Assembly: GCA_034520945.1 (NCBI GenBank)
Contig: JAXHNB010000009.1
Location: forward strand, 1 to 64,000
Origin: Trueperaceae bacterium
GTDB taxonomy: Bacteria > Deinococcota > Deinococci > Deinococcales > Trueperaceae
Direction of reading: 5' to 3'
Length of the DNA: 64,000 nucleotides
The position numbers and the translations under genes were made by a program. Positions 19,847-29,083 of the stretch are shown here, piece by piece (within the stretch, counting starts at the first letter, position 1; each line of letters starts with the position of its first letter). The notes under the pieces were generated by a model that saw only the letters and a program-made list of their open reading frames with translations, did not search any database and was not told the DNA's origin.

Positions 19847-22800
19847 TCAGGCGGCGTCCTCCTCGGCGACCGTCTCGTCCTCTTGCTCGTCCTCCAGCGA
19901 GGGAATGATCAGGACCATGCCGTCGAAGATCAGGTCCGGCTCTTCGATCAGGTTCGCGTTGGCCTCCAGGATCTCGGGCCAGAGGTTGCCGTTGCGGTAG
20001 AAGAACGTGGCGATGCTGGAGAGGCTGTCACCCTCCTGGACCGTGTAGATGCCGCGGGCGCCGCTGAGGCGGGCGACCTCGTTCTGGGTCTGCTGCAGCT
20101 CGCTGCGGATCTGGGCCAGCTCGTCGCGTTGCGCCTGCGTCGTCTCGGCAAGTCCGGATTGCTCCTCCAGCACCTCCTCGAGGCGCTCGGTCAGCGTCGA
20201 CGCGCGGCCCTGGGCCGTCTCCAACTGGGAAGCGGTGGACTCGAGTTGCTCTTCGGTCTGCTCCCGCTCAGCGCGCACCGTGTTCAGCTCGCTCTGAAGC
20301 TCGTCGCGTTCCGCCGTGACGGTGGTCAGCTCCTCTTGGAGCTGATCGCGTTCGTCCGTGACGGCGGACAGGTCCGCCTGCGCGGCGTCGCGCTCGTCGC
20401 GCACCGCGGCCAGGTCGGCCTGCAGGGCGTCGCGCGCTTCGGCGAGCTCGGCGAGGTCGGCCTGAAGCGCGTCCCGTTCGCTTCGCACCTGCTCGAGTTC
20501 GGACGCCAGCGCGTCCCGTTCGGCGCGGACCTCCTCGAGCGTGCCCTGTACGTCTTCGAGGGAGGCTTCGCGCGTTGCGAGGCTCTCTTCGAGCTCGGCC
20601 ATCTCGGCTTCACGCGCTTCGAGGGCCTGCTCACGCTCGGCCACCTCGGCCTCGCGCGTGGCCAGCGTCTCTTCGAGGGTCGCCATCTCGGCCCGCACCG
20701 AGGACAGCTCCTCCTGGGCAGCTTCGAGGTCGGACGCGAGTGCGTTGCGCTCTGCCGACATCGCCGACAGGTCGTCTTGCAGCGAATCCCGCTCGGCACG
20801 AACCTCCTGCAACGCTGCCTCGGTCTGGGCCAGCTCCTCCGCGCGTTCCGCCTCGGCCTCACGCGCTTCGGTCAGCTGCGCCTGCAAGTCCGCCTCACGC
20901 GCTTCCGTGCGCTCCCGCGCGTTCAACGCACGCGCCAACTGCGACTCGACCGTGGACAACGACGCCTCGGCCGCTGCCAACTCGGACCGAAGCTGATCGC
21001 CCCGCGCCTCCGCAGAATCCCGCGCGTTCGATGCCCGTTCCAAACGACTCTGCAGGTCGTCCCGCACTTCACGAAGCTCGGCCAGCTCCGCTTCCTTCGC
21101 GCTCACCTGCTCCTGCGCCTCCTGCGCCTCCGCCTCGGCAGCGTCGGCACGCGCCTCGGCGGTCTCGCGGGCGTTGGTGGCACGCGCCAAGCGCGCCTCC
21201 AACTCGTCCCGCGCCGCCTGCGCCTCGGCAAGCTCCGCTTCGCGGGCCGACAGGGTCTCCTGCAAGCCCGTCAATTCGGCCTGGGCCGACGCCAACGCCT
21301 CCTCCGAAGCGCTCAGGTCGGCCGCCAGCGTGTCACGCTCCTCCGACAGCGACGCCACCTGCGCCTCGAGCGAATCCCGCTCGGCACGAACCTGCTGCAA
21401 CGCCTCCTCAGCCTCGGCCTCTTCCTGCGCGCGGGCCTCCTGGCTCTGCCGGGCCTGGGCCAACGCGTCTTCGCGCTCGGCCAGCATCTCCTCGGCGTCG
21501 GCCAGGTCGGACTCCCGTGCGGCAAGTGCCTCCTCGCGCTGGGCGAGCGACTGCTGGAGCGCATCGCGTTCGTCCCGGACCTGAGCCAGCTCGGATGACA
21601 TGGCGTCGCGTTCGCTCCGTACCTCGTCCAATGTGCTGCGCACGTCGGCCAGTGAGGCGTCGTGCTCGGCCACGTTCGCCTCGAGCTCGCTCAGTTCGGT
21701 CTCCCGCGCCGCGAGCGTCTCTTCCCGTTCCGCGAGGGCGGCCTCGCGCGCCGCGAGGGACTCCTCGAGAGAGGTCATCTCCGACTGGACCGCGTCCAAC
21801 TCCTCCATCGCAGCGTCGCGCTCGTCCGCGATCGCGTCCCGCTCCTCGCGCACGCTGGCGAGTTGCGCTTCGACTTCGTCGCGTTGCTCGGCGGCCTGGG
21901 CCTGGGCGGCCTCGGCGTCGCGAAGCTGGGCGTCGGTCGCTTCGCGTTCGGATTCCAGCTCTTCGATCCGGCCTCGCAGCGCCTCGAGCTCCTCCTGTTG
22001 CTCGCTGACCGTCTGGCGGGCCTCCGCCAGCTCGGCGTTGGTGGCCTCGAGCTCGGCGTTGGCCGCCTCCAGTTCGGCCCTGGCCTCGTCGACGGCGCTT
22101 TGCAACGTGCGGACGTTGGCGAGGGCAGCGTCGCGTTCGACCTCGGCGATGGTCAACGCGGTCGAGCTCTCTTCGCGCGCTGCTTCGAGCTCCTCGACGC
22201 GGGCCTGTGCCTCTTCGGCTTCGGCTTCGGCCTCCTCGGCCCGGGCGATCACCTCTTCGAGTTGGGCCTCTGCCTCCTGGGCACGGGCCTCGGCGGCGTC
22301 GGCACGCTCCGCGGCGGTCTCGCGGGCGTTGGTGGCACGCGCCAACTGCGACTCCACCGTCGACAACGCGTCCTGCACCGACGCCAACTCGCTGCGAAGC
22401 TGATCGCCGCGGGCCACGGCCGAGTCCCGCGCATTGGCGGCACGTTCCAGTCGCTCCTGCAACGCATCGCGTTCCTCGCGAAGCTCCGCCAGGTCTGCCT
22501 GCGTATCGCTCAGCTCCTCCTGTGCCTGCTGCGCCTCGACCTCGGCGGCGTCGGCGCGCTCGGCGGCGGTCTCGCGGGCGTTGGTGGCACGCGCCAAACG
22601 CGCCTCCAGCTCGTCCCGCTCTGCCTGCGCCTCCGACAACTGGGCACGCAGCTCCGCCTCGCGCACCTCGGCACGCTCCCGCGAATTCAACGCACGCGCC
22701 AACTGCGACTCCACCGTGGACAACGCGTCCTGCGCCGCGCCCAACGCCTCCTCGGAAGCGCGAAGCTCGTCTGAGAGTGCGTCGCGCTCCTCCGTGAGCG

Positions 22801-23383
22801 AGTCCAGCCGTTCCTCGAGCGCGTCGCGCTCCTCGCGCAGGGTGTCGATCTCGTCCTCGAGCTCGCTCAGGCGGGCTTGCGCCTCTTGCGCACGGGCTTG
22901 AGCCCGTTCCGTGAGCTCCTCGGCGCTGGTGCGCGCGGCGGCGGTCGCTTCCAGTTCGGCCGCCAGCTCGTCCCGCTCGGCGCGTGCCTCTTCGAGGGAG
23001 GCTTCCAGTTCCTGCGCCCGCGTCGAGGCGTCCGACAGCTCCTGATCGGTGGATGCGAGCGCGTTCTCGAGGTCGGCGTTCTCCTCCTGCAGCGCGTCGA
23101 CGGTGTCAGACATCGCGTCGCGCTCCCCCTCGAGCTCGTCGACGCGGGTCTGAAGCTCTTCGAGCTGGGACGTGGCCTCCTCGGCCTCGGTCTGAGCCTC
23201 TTCCGCGCGGGTTTCGGCCGTGGAGAGCTCCTCTTCGAGGGAGCCGACCTGTTCGCTCAGCTGCTCGTTCTCGGACGCCAGCTCCTGTTCACGTTCGCTG
23301 GGCCCGCAGGCCGCCAGCGCCACCACGAGCGCGAGCAGGGCCGCGAACCCGAACGAACGACGAAGCCATCTGGGGGTCTTCAT
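19847..23383 (-). CDS. Giant coiled-coil lipoprotein with C-terminal LysM domain
   Basis: Lipobox LAA-C; about 1080 aa E/A/L/R heptad region with no Pro or aromatic residues; YTVQEGDSLSSIA...LIFDGMVLII LysM; AGGAGG RBS. Confidence 0.85.
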   Translation of the reverse strand: MKTPRWLRRSFGFAALLALVVALAACGPSEREQELASENEQLSEQVGSLEEELSTAETRAEEAQTEAEEATSQLEELQTRVDELEGERDAMSDTVDALQEENADLENALASTDQELSDASTRAQELEASLEEARAERDELAAELEATAAARTSAEELTERAQARAQEAQARLSELEDEIDTLREERDALEERLDSLTEERDALSDELRASEEALGAAQDALSTVESQLARALNSRERAEVREAELRAQLSEAQAERDELEARLARATNARETAAERADAAEVEAQQAQEELSDTQADLAELREERDALQERLERAANARDSAVARGDQLRSELASVQDALSTVESQLARATNARETAAERADAAEARAQEAEAQLEEVIARAEEAEAEAEEAQARVEELEAAREESSTALTIAEVERDAALANVRTLQSAVDEARAELEAANAELEATNAELAEARQTVSEQQEELEALRGRIEELESEREATDAQLRDAEAAQAQAAEQRDEVEAQLASVREERDAIADERDAAMEELDAVQSEMTSLEESLAAREAALAEREETLAARETELSELEANVAEHDASLADVRSTLDEVRSERDAMSSELAQVRDERDALQQSLAQREEALAARESDLADAEEMLAEREDALAQARQSQEARAQEEAEAEEALQQVRAERDSLEAQVASLSEERDTLAADLSASEEALASAQAELTGLQETLSAREAELAEAQAARDELEARLARATNARETAEARADAAEAEAQEAQEQVSAKEAELAELREVRDDLQSRLERASNARDSAEARGDQLRSELAAAEASLSTVESQLARALNARERTEAREADLQAQLTEAREAEAERAEELAQTEAALQEVRAERDSLQDDLSAMSAERNALASDLEAAQEELSSVRAEMATLEETLATREAEVAEREQALEAREAEMAELEESLATREASLEDVQGTLEEVRAERDALASELEQVRSERDALQADLAELAEARDALQADLAAVRDERDAAQADLSAVTDERDQLQEELTTVTAERDELQSELNTVRAEREQTEEQLESTASQLETAQGRASTLTERLEEVLEEQSGLAETTQAQRDELAQIRSELQQTQNEVARLSGARGIYTVQEGDSLSSIATFFYRNGNLWPEILEANANLIEEPDLIFDGMVLIIPSLEDEQEDETVAEEDAA
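21158..22597. repeat. Three identical 33-bp intragenic repeats
   Basis: GGCGGTCTCGCGGGCGTTGGTGGCACGCGCCAA at 21158, 22313 and 22565. Confidence 0.85.
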
Positions 23384-23586
23384 TCCAGCACCTCCTGGAT
23401 GCGAGATAGGCGTGTGTAGACGTCCACAGCATACGCGTTCGGAGGGGGGTCACGCAGCCGGTGCCCGCGCGGCCGCCCATGGCGGATCCTCCTGGCCACG
23501 ACGAGGGGGCGAACCGTGCGACCGGCCCGCCCCCGTTCGAGACCCACCTCGTGGAAGGCGCCGCACGGGGCGCGCCTAGCGACGGA

Positions 23587-25116
23587 TCAGCGGTCCAGCC
23601 AGGTGGTGCGCAGACCGAGGTAACTGGTGTTGGGGAAGTGCTCGAAGCCGCGCACCTCGGGCCGCAGCGCCTCGTACTGCGAGGAGTGGAACAGGAAGGT
23701 GTGCGGCGCCTCGTCGAGGATCAGTTCCTGTGCCTGGGCGTAGATCTCGCGCCGCGCCTCCTGATCGGACACGCGCCGGCCCTCCTCCAGCAGCGCGTCC
23801 AGCTCGGGGTTGCTGTAATTCCCGAGGTTGCCGCCGTTGTCGGTGTAAAACACGTTGAACAGGAAGTCGTCGGGGTCGCTCTGACCGGACTCGCCCAGGA
23901 TGGTGGCGGCGTAGTCACCTTCCAGCACCTTGGGCAGGTACACGCTCCAGTCCTCCGCCACGATCTCGGCGTCGATCCCGATCTCCGCCAGGTTGGACTG
24001 GATCACCTCGGCGGGCGTGCGCAGGAAGTCGTAGGTGCTGGTCACGTACAGCTCGAACGAAAAGCCGTCCGGGTGGTCGGACGCCGCAAGCGCCTCGCGG
24101 GCGGCCTCCAGGTCGCGGCCGACGTAGCGGTCGTCCTCGATGCCGTAGTAGTTCTGCGAGGGGATGGTGGTGCCGGTGGCGGGCACCCCGCCGGTGCCGA
24201 ACAGCGCCAGGTCGACGACCGCCTGCTCGTCGACGGCGTAGGAGATGGCGCGCCGCACGTTCACGTCGTCGAACGGCTCACGCTCGACGTTGAAGTAGAT
24301 GGAGCGGAAGTTGGCGGACAGGCCGCCGACCACCTCGACGTTGGGGTCGGCCTCCAGCGTCTCGACGTCCGCGGCGGGCACGTACTCGACCATGTCGGCG
24401 CTGCCGGTCTGGATCGCCGTGCTGCGCGAGGTCGGGTCGGGGTAGAACTCGAAGGTGATCCCGTCCAGGTACGGCAGCGCGGTTCCGTCCGCGTCCGTGC
24501 CCCAGAAGTCGGGGTTGCGCTCCAGCACCATCCGCGTCTGCGGCAGGTACTCCACGAACGCGAAGGGACCTGTGCCATTGACGACCTCCTGCAGGTCGCC
24601 GTGCTCCTCGACCGTCGCTTCGCTGACCACCACGTTGAGGGTGTGCGCCAGCTTGGACAGCAGCGGGCTGAACGGCTCGCTCAGGTTCAGCACCACCGTG
24701 CGGTCATCGGGCGTGTCGATGCTGTCGATCACCGCGAAGTCGTCCGCGCGGGGCGAAGCGATGTCGGGATCGGTGATCCGGTTCAGCGAGAACGCCACGT
24801 CGCTGGCGGTGAGGGGCGTGCCGTCGTGGAAGGTGACGCCCTCACGCAGCGTGAAGGTCCAGGTGAGGCCGTCGTCGGAAGCTTCCCACGACTCGGCCAA
24901 TCCCGGCACGATCTGGAGGCTGGAATCGAACGCCACGAGCGTGTCGTAGACGTTCTCCAGCATGTTGCGGGTGGAGGTGGCGTTGGTGATGTGCGGGTCC
25001 AGGCCGACCGGGTCGGCCTGCATGCCGACGGTCAGCGTGCCGCCGGACTGCGGTTGGGCCAGGGCCAGCGGCGCCAGGAGCGCCAGGACGAGAACGAAGA
25101 GCGAACGACGGATCAT
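23587..25116 (-). CDS. Peptide ABC substrate-binding protein (family 5)
   Basis: Start MIRRSLF; GGTLTVG; LAESWE...LREGVTFHDG; GTGPF. Confidence 0.9.
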   Translation of the reverse strand: MIRRSLFVLVLALLAPLALAQPQSGGTLTVGMQADPVGLDPHITNATSTRNMLENVYDTLVAFDSSLQIVPGLAESWEASDDGLTWTFTLREGVTFHDGTPLTASDVAFSLNRITDPDIASPRADDFAVIDSIDTPDDRTVVLNLSEPFSPLLSKLAHTLNVVVSEATVEEHGDLQEVVNGTGPFAFVEYLPQTRMVLERNPDFWGTDADGTALPYLDGITFEFYPDPTSRSTAIQTGSADMVEYVPAADVETLEADPNVEVVGGLSANFRSIYFNVEREPFDDVNVRRAISYAVDEQAVVDLALFGTGGVPATGTTIPSQNYYGIEDDRYVGRDLEAAREALAASDHPDGFSFELYVTSTYDFLRTPAEVIQSNLAEIGIDAEIVAEDWSVYLPKVLEGDYAATILGESGQSDPDDFLFNVFYTDNGGNLGNYSNPELDALLEEGRRVSDQEARREIYAQAQELILDEAPHTFLFHSSQYEALRPEVRGFEHFPNTSYLGLRTTWLDR

Positions 25117-25255
25117 ACGGGACCTCCGGGGTCGAGAGACGTATGGCCGAGGATACGCGACGGGCGGCGGCGGCGAAAGGGCAGGTGCCGCTCGCGGGGT
25201 GGCGGCGTCCGTTGCGTGCGTCCTTGGCGCAGCATGGGCGCTCACACTGCCGCCC

Positions 25256-26131
25256 TCACCCCCGCTTGCGCAGCACGCGCGGATCGAGCACGTCCCGCAG
25301 CCCGTCCCCGAACAGGTTGAAGCCCAGCACCACCGCCATGATCGCCAGGCCGGGCGCGACGGTCGCCCAGGGGCTCAAGGCGAGGAACCGCCGCCCTTCG
25401 GCGATCATCATCCCCCAGCTCGGCGTGGGCGGTTGCGTGCCCAAGCCCAGGAACGACAGCGACGCTTCCGCCAGGATGGCGTACGCCAGCCTGAGCGTAG
25501 TCTCGATCAGCAGCGGCGCCGCGGCACCGGGCAGGATGGCGCCCAGCACGATGCGGAGGTCGCGGCTCCCCAGGGCGCGCGACGCCTCCACGAACTGCTC
25601 CTCGCGGACCGTCATCACCGCCCCGCGCGCCACCCGCGCGAACGGCCCGACGTACACCACCCCGATGGCCAGCACCAGGTTCACGAACCCGCTGCCGAGA
25701 AACGCCAACAGCGCGATGGCCAGCAGGATGGCCGGGAACGACAGCAGCACGTCGGTGATCCGCATGATCACCATGTCCATGGCGCCGCGGTAGAAGCCCG
25801 CCAGCACCCCCAGCACGCCGCCGACCAGCAGCGCGAAGCCCGTGGCGGCGAAGGCGACCGACAGCGAACTGCGGCCGCCGTACACGATGCGCGACAGCGT
25901 GTCGCGGCCGTACTGATCCGTGCCCAGCCAGTGCTCCGGCGAGGGGCCCTGCAAGCGGGCGCCCGGCTCCAGCGCGATCGGGTCGTACGGCGCCACCCAG
26001 GGCGCCGCAAGCGCGGCGACCGTCGCGACCAGCACCACGAGCAACCCGAGGCCACCGGTCCCCAGCAACAGCTTGCGGACGGCCTCCCCGCCACGGCCTT
26101 CACGGGCGCCGACTGCGTGCGCGTCAGCCAT
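25256..26131 (-). CDS. Peptide ABC permease (DppC-like)
   Basis: HWLGTDQYGRDTLSR; EASLSFLGLG. Confidence 0.9.
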   Translation of the reverse strand: MADAHAVGAREGRGGEAVRKLLLGTGGLGLLVVLVATVAALAAPWVAPYDPIALEPGARLQGPSPEHWLGTDQYGRDTLSRIVYGGRSSLSVAFAATGFALLVGGVLGVLAGFYRGAMDMVIMRITDVLLSFPAILLAIALLAFLGSGFVNLVLAIGVVYVGPFARVARGAVMTVREEQFVEASRALGSRDLRIVLGAILPGAAAPLLIETTLRLAYAILAEASLSFLGLGTQPPTPSWGMMIAEGRRFLALSPWATVAPGLAIMAVVLGFNLFGDGLRDVLDPRVLRKRG

Positions 26132-27074
26132 AGCGCACCCGCGGATCGATCAGGGCGTACAGCACGTCGACGAGCAGGTTCACCACCACGAACGCCGCGG
26201 CGATCAGCAACACCGCGCCTTGCACCACCGGGTAGTCGCGCAGGTTGATCCCGTCCAGCGCGTACCGGCCGACGCCGGGCAGGCTGAACACCTGCTCGAT
26301 GATCACCGCGCCGCCGAGCAGCTGCCCGAACTGCAGGCCCACCACCGTCACCACCGGAATCAGCGCGGTCCGCAAGGCGTGGCGGTACGTCACCGTCCCC
26401 TCACGCAGGCCCTTGGCCCGAGCGGTCCGCACGTAGTCCCGGCCCAGCGTCTCCAGCAGGGACGACCGCACGATCCGCGCCGTGGCGGCCGCCAGGATCA
26501 ACCCCAGCGACAGCGCCGGCAGCACCATGTGCCGCAGGTTGTCGAGCGGGGCCTCGGCGAACGGCACATAGCCGGCCGGGGGCAACCACCCCAGCCGCAG
26601 CGAGAACAAGAGAATCAGCAGGATCCCCAGGAAGAACCCGGGGATCGACAGGCCCAGCAGCGCGAATACGGATGCGAACGCGTCGGGCCAGCGGCCGCGG
26701 TGCAGCGCCGCCGTCACGCCCAGCGGTACCGCGATCGCCACGGCGATCAGCAGGCTCAGCACCGTCAGTTCCAGCGTGATGGGGAACCGGATCATCAGGT
26801 CGCCGGAGATCGAACGTCCCGTGCGGAGCGAATTGCCGAGGTCGCCCTGCACCGCGGCACCGAGCCACGCGGCGAACTGCTCGTGCACGGGGAGGTCCAG
26901 GCCGAACATGCGCCGGAGCTCTTCGATCCGCTCCTGCGAGACGTTGCCTTCCAGCCCCACCAGGTTGGTCACCACGTCACCTGGTATGGACCGCATCAGC
27001 GCGAAGACCACCACCGCGACGCCGAGGAGGGTGGGGAGGGTCAGGAGCAGGCGCCGACCGAGGAAGGCGAGCAT
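26124..27074 (-). CDS. Peptide ABC permease (DppB-like)
   Basis: IPGD; DYVRTARAKGL; DYPVVQG. Confidence 0.9.
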   Translation of the reverse strand: MLAFLGRRLLLTLPTLLGVAVVVFALMRSIPGDVVTNLVGLEGNVSQERIEELRRMFGLDLPVHEQFAAWLGAAVQGDLGNSLRTGRSISGDLMIRFPITLELTVLSLLIAVAIAVPLGVTAALHRGRWPDAFASVFALLGLSIPGFFLGILLILLFSLRLGWLPPAGYVPFAEAPLDNLRHMVLPALSLGLILAAATARIVRSSLLETLGRDYVRTARAKGLREGTVTYRHALRTALIPVVTVVGLQFGQLLGGAVIIEQVFSLPGVGRYALDGINLRDYPVVQGAVLLIAAAFVVVNLLVDVLYALIDPRVRYG

Positions 27075-27163
27075 GAGGGGCCAGTATGGCATGCGCCCGC
27101 GAAGAGAACGCGTTCCGCCGGGCCACCATCTCTCACCGCTCGTATAGGGCGTATAGTGGGTGC

Positions 27164-29083
27164 ATGATCGAGTATCGCCATCGTGCTCGGCTGCGCGGCG
27201 TATGCCGATCCCTCGATCGCGCGATACGCACGCTGCTGCTCGCGGGGCTCTTGCTGGTAATCGGCGTGGCGTGCGACCTCACGAACGGAGCTTCGTGGCA
27301 ACACGAGGGTACGTACGCGATCACCTCTGCCCACTATGCCGCGACGGAAGCCGGCATCCGCGTTCTGGAGACGGGCGGGTCCGCCGCCGACGCCGCGGTC
27401 GCCGTCGCGACCGCCTTGAGCGTGGTCGAGCCATGGTTCTCGAGCGTGCTGGGCGGCGGGACGTGGGCCCTGTACTACGACGCGGAGACGGGAAACGTCA
27501 CCAGCCTCGACGGGGTCGGTCCCGTCGGCAGCGGTGCGTCGGTGGCCGACTACGAGTCGCGCGTCCTGGACGCGGGCATGCACCAGGCGATCGTGCCGGG
27601 CGCGTGGGACGGTTGGATGTTGTGGCTGGCGCGATACGGTCGACTGCCGTTGGGCGAGGTGCTCGCACCCGCCATCCAGTTGGCGCGGGAGGGCCATCCC
27701 GCCAGCCCCGAGTTGGTGGCGTGGCTGCGGCGCGACCGGAATTTGGTCCTGTCTCACCCGCCCTCCGCGGCGATCTACGCACCGGAGGGCGAGCTCCTGA
27801 ACGTGGGCGACACCGTGTACCAACGCGCCTTGGCACAGACATTGGAAGCGATTGTCGCCGCGTTCGACGCGGCCGCAGACCAGGGACGCTCGGCCAGGTT
27901 ACAGGCCGCTCGGGATCACGTGTACCGCGGGCCGGTAGCCGACGCCATCGTGGCGGCCTCGGACGCCGGCGGTGGGTACCTGACCACGGACGACTTCGCC
28001 TCGTTCGCGGCGGAGATCGTCGAGCCGATCTCCATCCAGTACGAGGACGTCGAGGTGTTCCAGAACCCACCCAACAGCCAGGGCATCACCATGTTGCTGG
28101 CGCTGAACATCCTGAACGGCTTCGATCTGGCGGCAATGGACCCCGACGATCCCGACGCTGTGCACCTGCAGGTCGAGGCGCTGAAGTTGGCCTTCGCGGA
28201 CCGGAACGCCTACGTCGGCGATCCCGAGCGTGTCGACTTGCCCACCGAGCAACTCCTGTCCCAGGCGCACGCCGAACGGCAACGTGCACGCATCGCGTTG
28301 GACGACGTACTCGAGTGGCCGATCGCTCCTGGCCTCGAGCCCGAAAGTATCCCCCCGCCCGACCTGCCCACGGGCACTACGACCTTTCACGTGCTCGACG
28401 CCGAGGGCAACGCGGCGGCGGTCACCACCAGTCTGGGCGCGCAGTTCCTCGTGGTTGGGGACACCGGCGTCCACATCAACAACCGCATGCGGTTCCTGGC
28501 ACTGGAGGAAGGCGATCCGAACCGCTTGACACCGGGATTCAAGGTCAGGCACACGTCGAACCCCTACATGGTGCTCCACACGGGCCGACCGTACGTGCTA
28601 GGCGGCAACACGGGCGTGGACACCCAACCCCAGGGGCAGCTGCAGCAATTCCTCTCGGTGCACGCGTTCGGCACGACGCCGCAAGACGCGATCGATCGCC
28701 CACGATTCGTGTCGACTGCCTTCCCGGCCTCCACGTATCCGTACCGAGTACGTAACACCCTGCAGCTCGAGCTCGACTATCCTCGCTCATTACGGAACGC
28801 TCTCGAAGCAAAGGGCCACGACGTTCACCTCGGTCAGGGAATCTTCGGTTCCGCGAACATGCTGGTCGTAGACGTGTCCGGCGTCGCGGCCGGATCCGAG
28901 TCGCGTACGTCGAGCGGCGCCCACGAGGTGTTCTCGGACCCGGTCCATGTGCGCGAAACTGCCCACGACCTGCTTGAACCCGTACGCACCGCCCGTCCGT
29001 TCAGATACTCCTCGTCGAGCGTAGGACGCGTTCCGCCTCCCCCCAACCGACACCCAAGAGGGCAAAGACCAGTGGCTCCATAG
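27164..29083 (+). CDS. Gamma-glutamyltransferase-family Ntn hydrolase, probable lipoprotein
   Basis: GGSAADAAVA; VPGAWDGW; PPNSQG; nucleophile region GTTTFHVLDAEGN; lipobox-like IGVA-C; TATAGT 6 nt before the ATG. Confidence 0.85.
   Translation: MIEYRHRARLRGVCRSLDRAIRTLLLAGLLLVIGVACDLTNGASWQHEGTYAITSAHYAATEAGIRVLETGGSAADAAVAVATALSVVEPWFSSVLGGGTWALYYDAETGNVTSLDGVGPVGSGASVADYESRVLDAGMHQAIVPGAWDGWMLWLARYGRLPLGEVLAPAIQLAREGHPASPELVAWLRRDRNLVLSHPPSAAIYAPEGELLNVGDTVYQRALAQTLEAIVAAFDAAADQGRSARLQAARDHVYRGPVADAIVAASDAGGGYLTTDDFASFAAEIVEPISIQYEDVEVFQNPPNSQGITMLLALNILNGFDLAAMDPDDPDAVHLQVEALKLAFADRNAYVGDPERVDLPTEQLLSQAHAERQRARIALDDVLEWPIAPGLEPESIPPPDLPTGTTTFHVLDAEGNAAAVTTSLGAQFLVVGDTGVHINNRMRFLALEEGDPNRLTPGFKVRHTSNPYMVLHTGRPYVLGGNTGVDTQPQGQLQQFLSVHAFGTTPQDAIDRPRFVSTAFPASTYPYRVRNTLQLELDYPRSLRNALEAKGHDVHLGQGIFGSANMLVVDVSGVAAGSESRTSSGAHEVFSDPVHVRETAHDLLEPVRTARPFRYSSSSVGRVPPPPNRHPRGQRPVAP

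Noticed and set aside
19847..23383. SMC, Rad50 or tape-measure call for the coiled-coil protein
   Set aside because: No Walker motifs, hinge or phage context; it has a lipobox and a LysM domain instead
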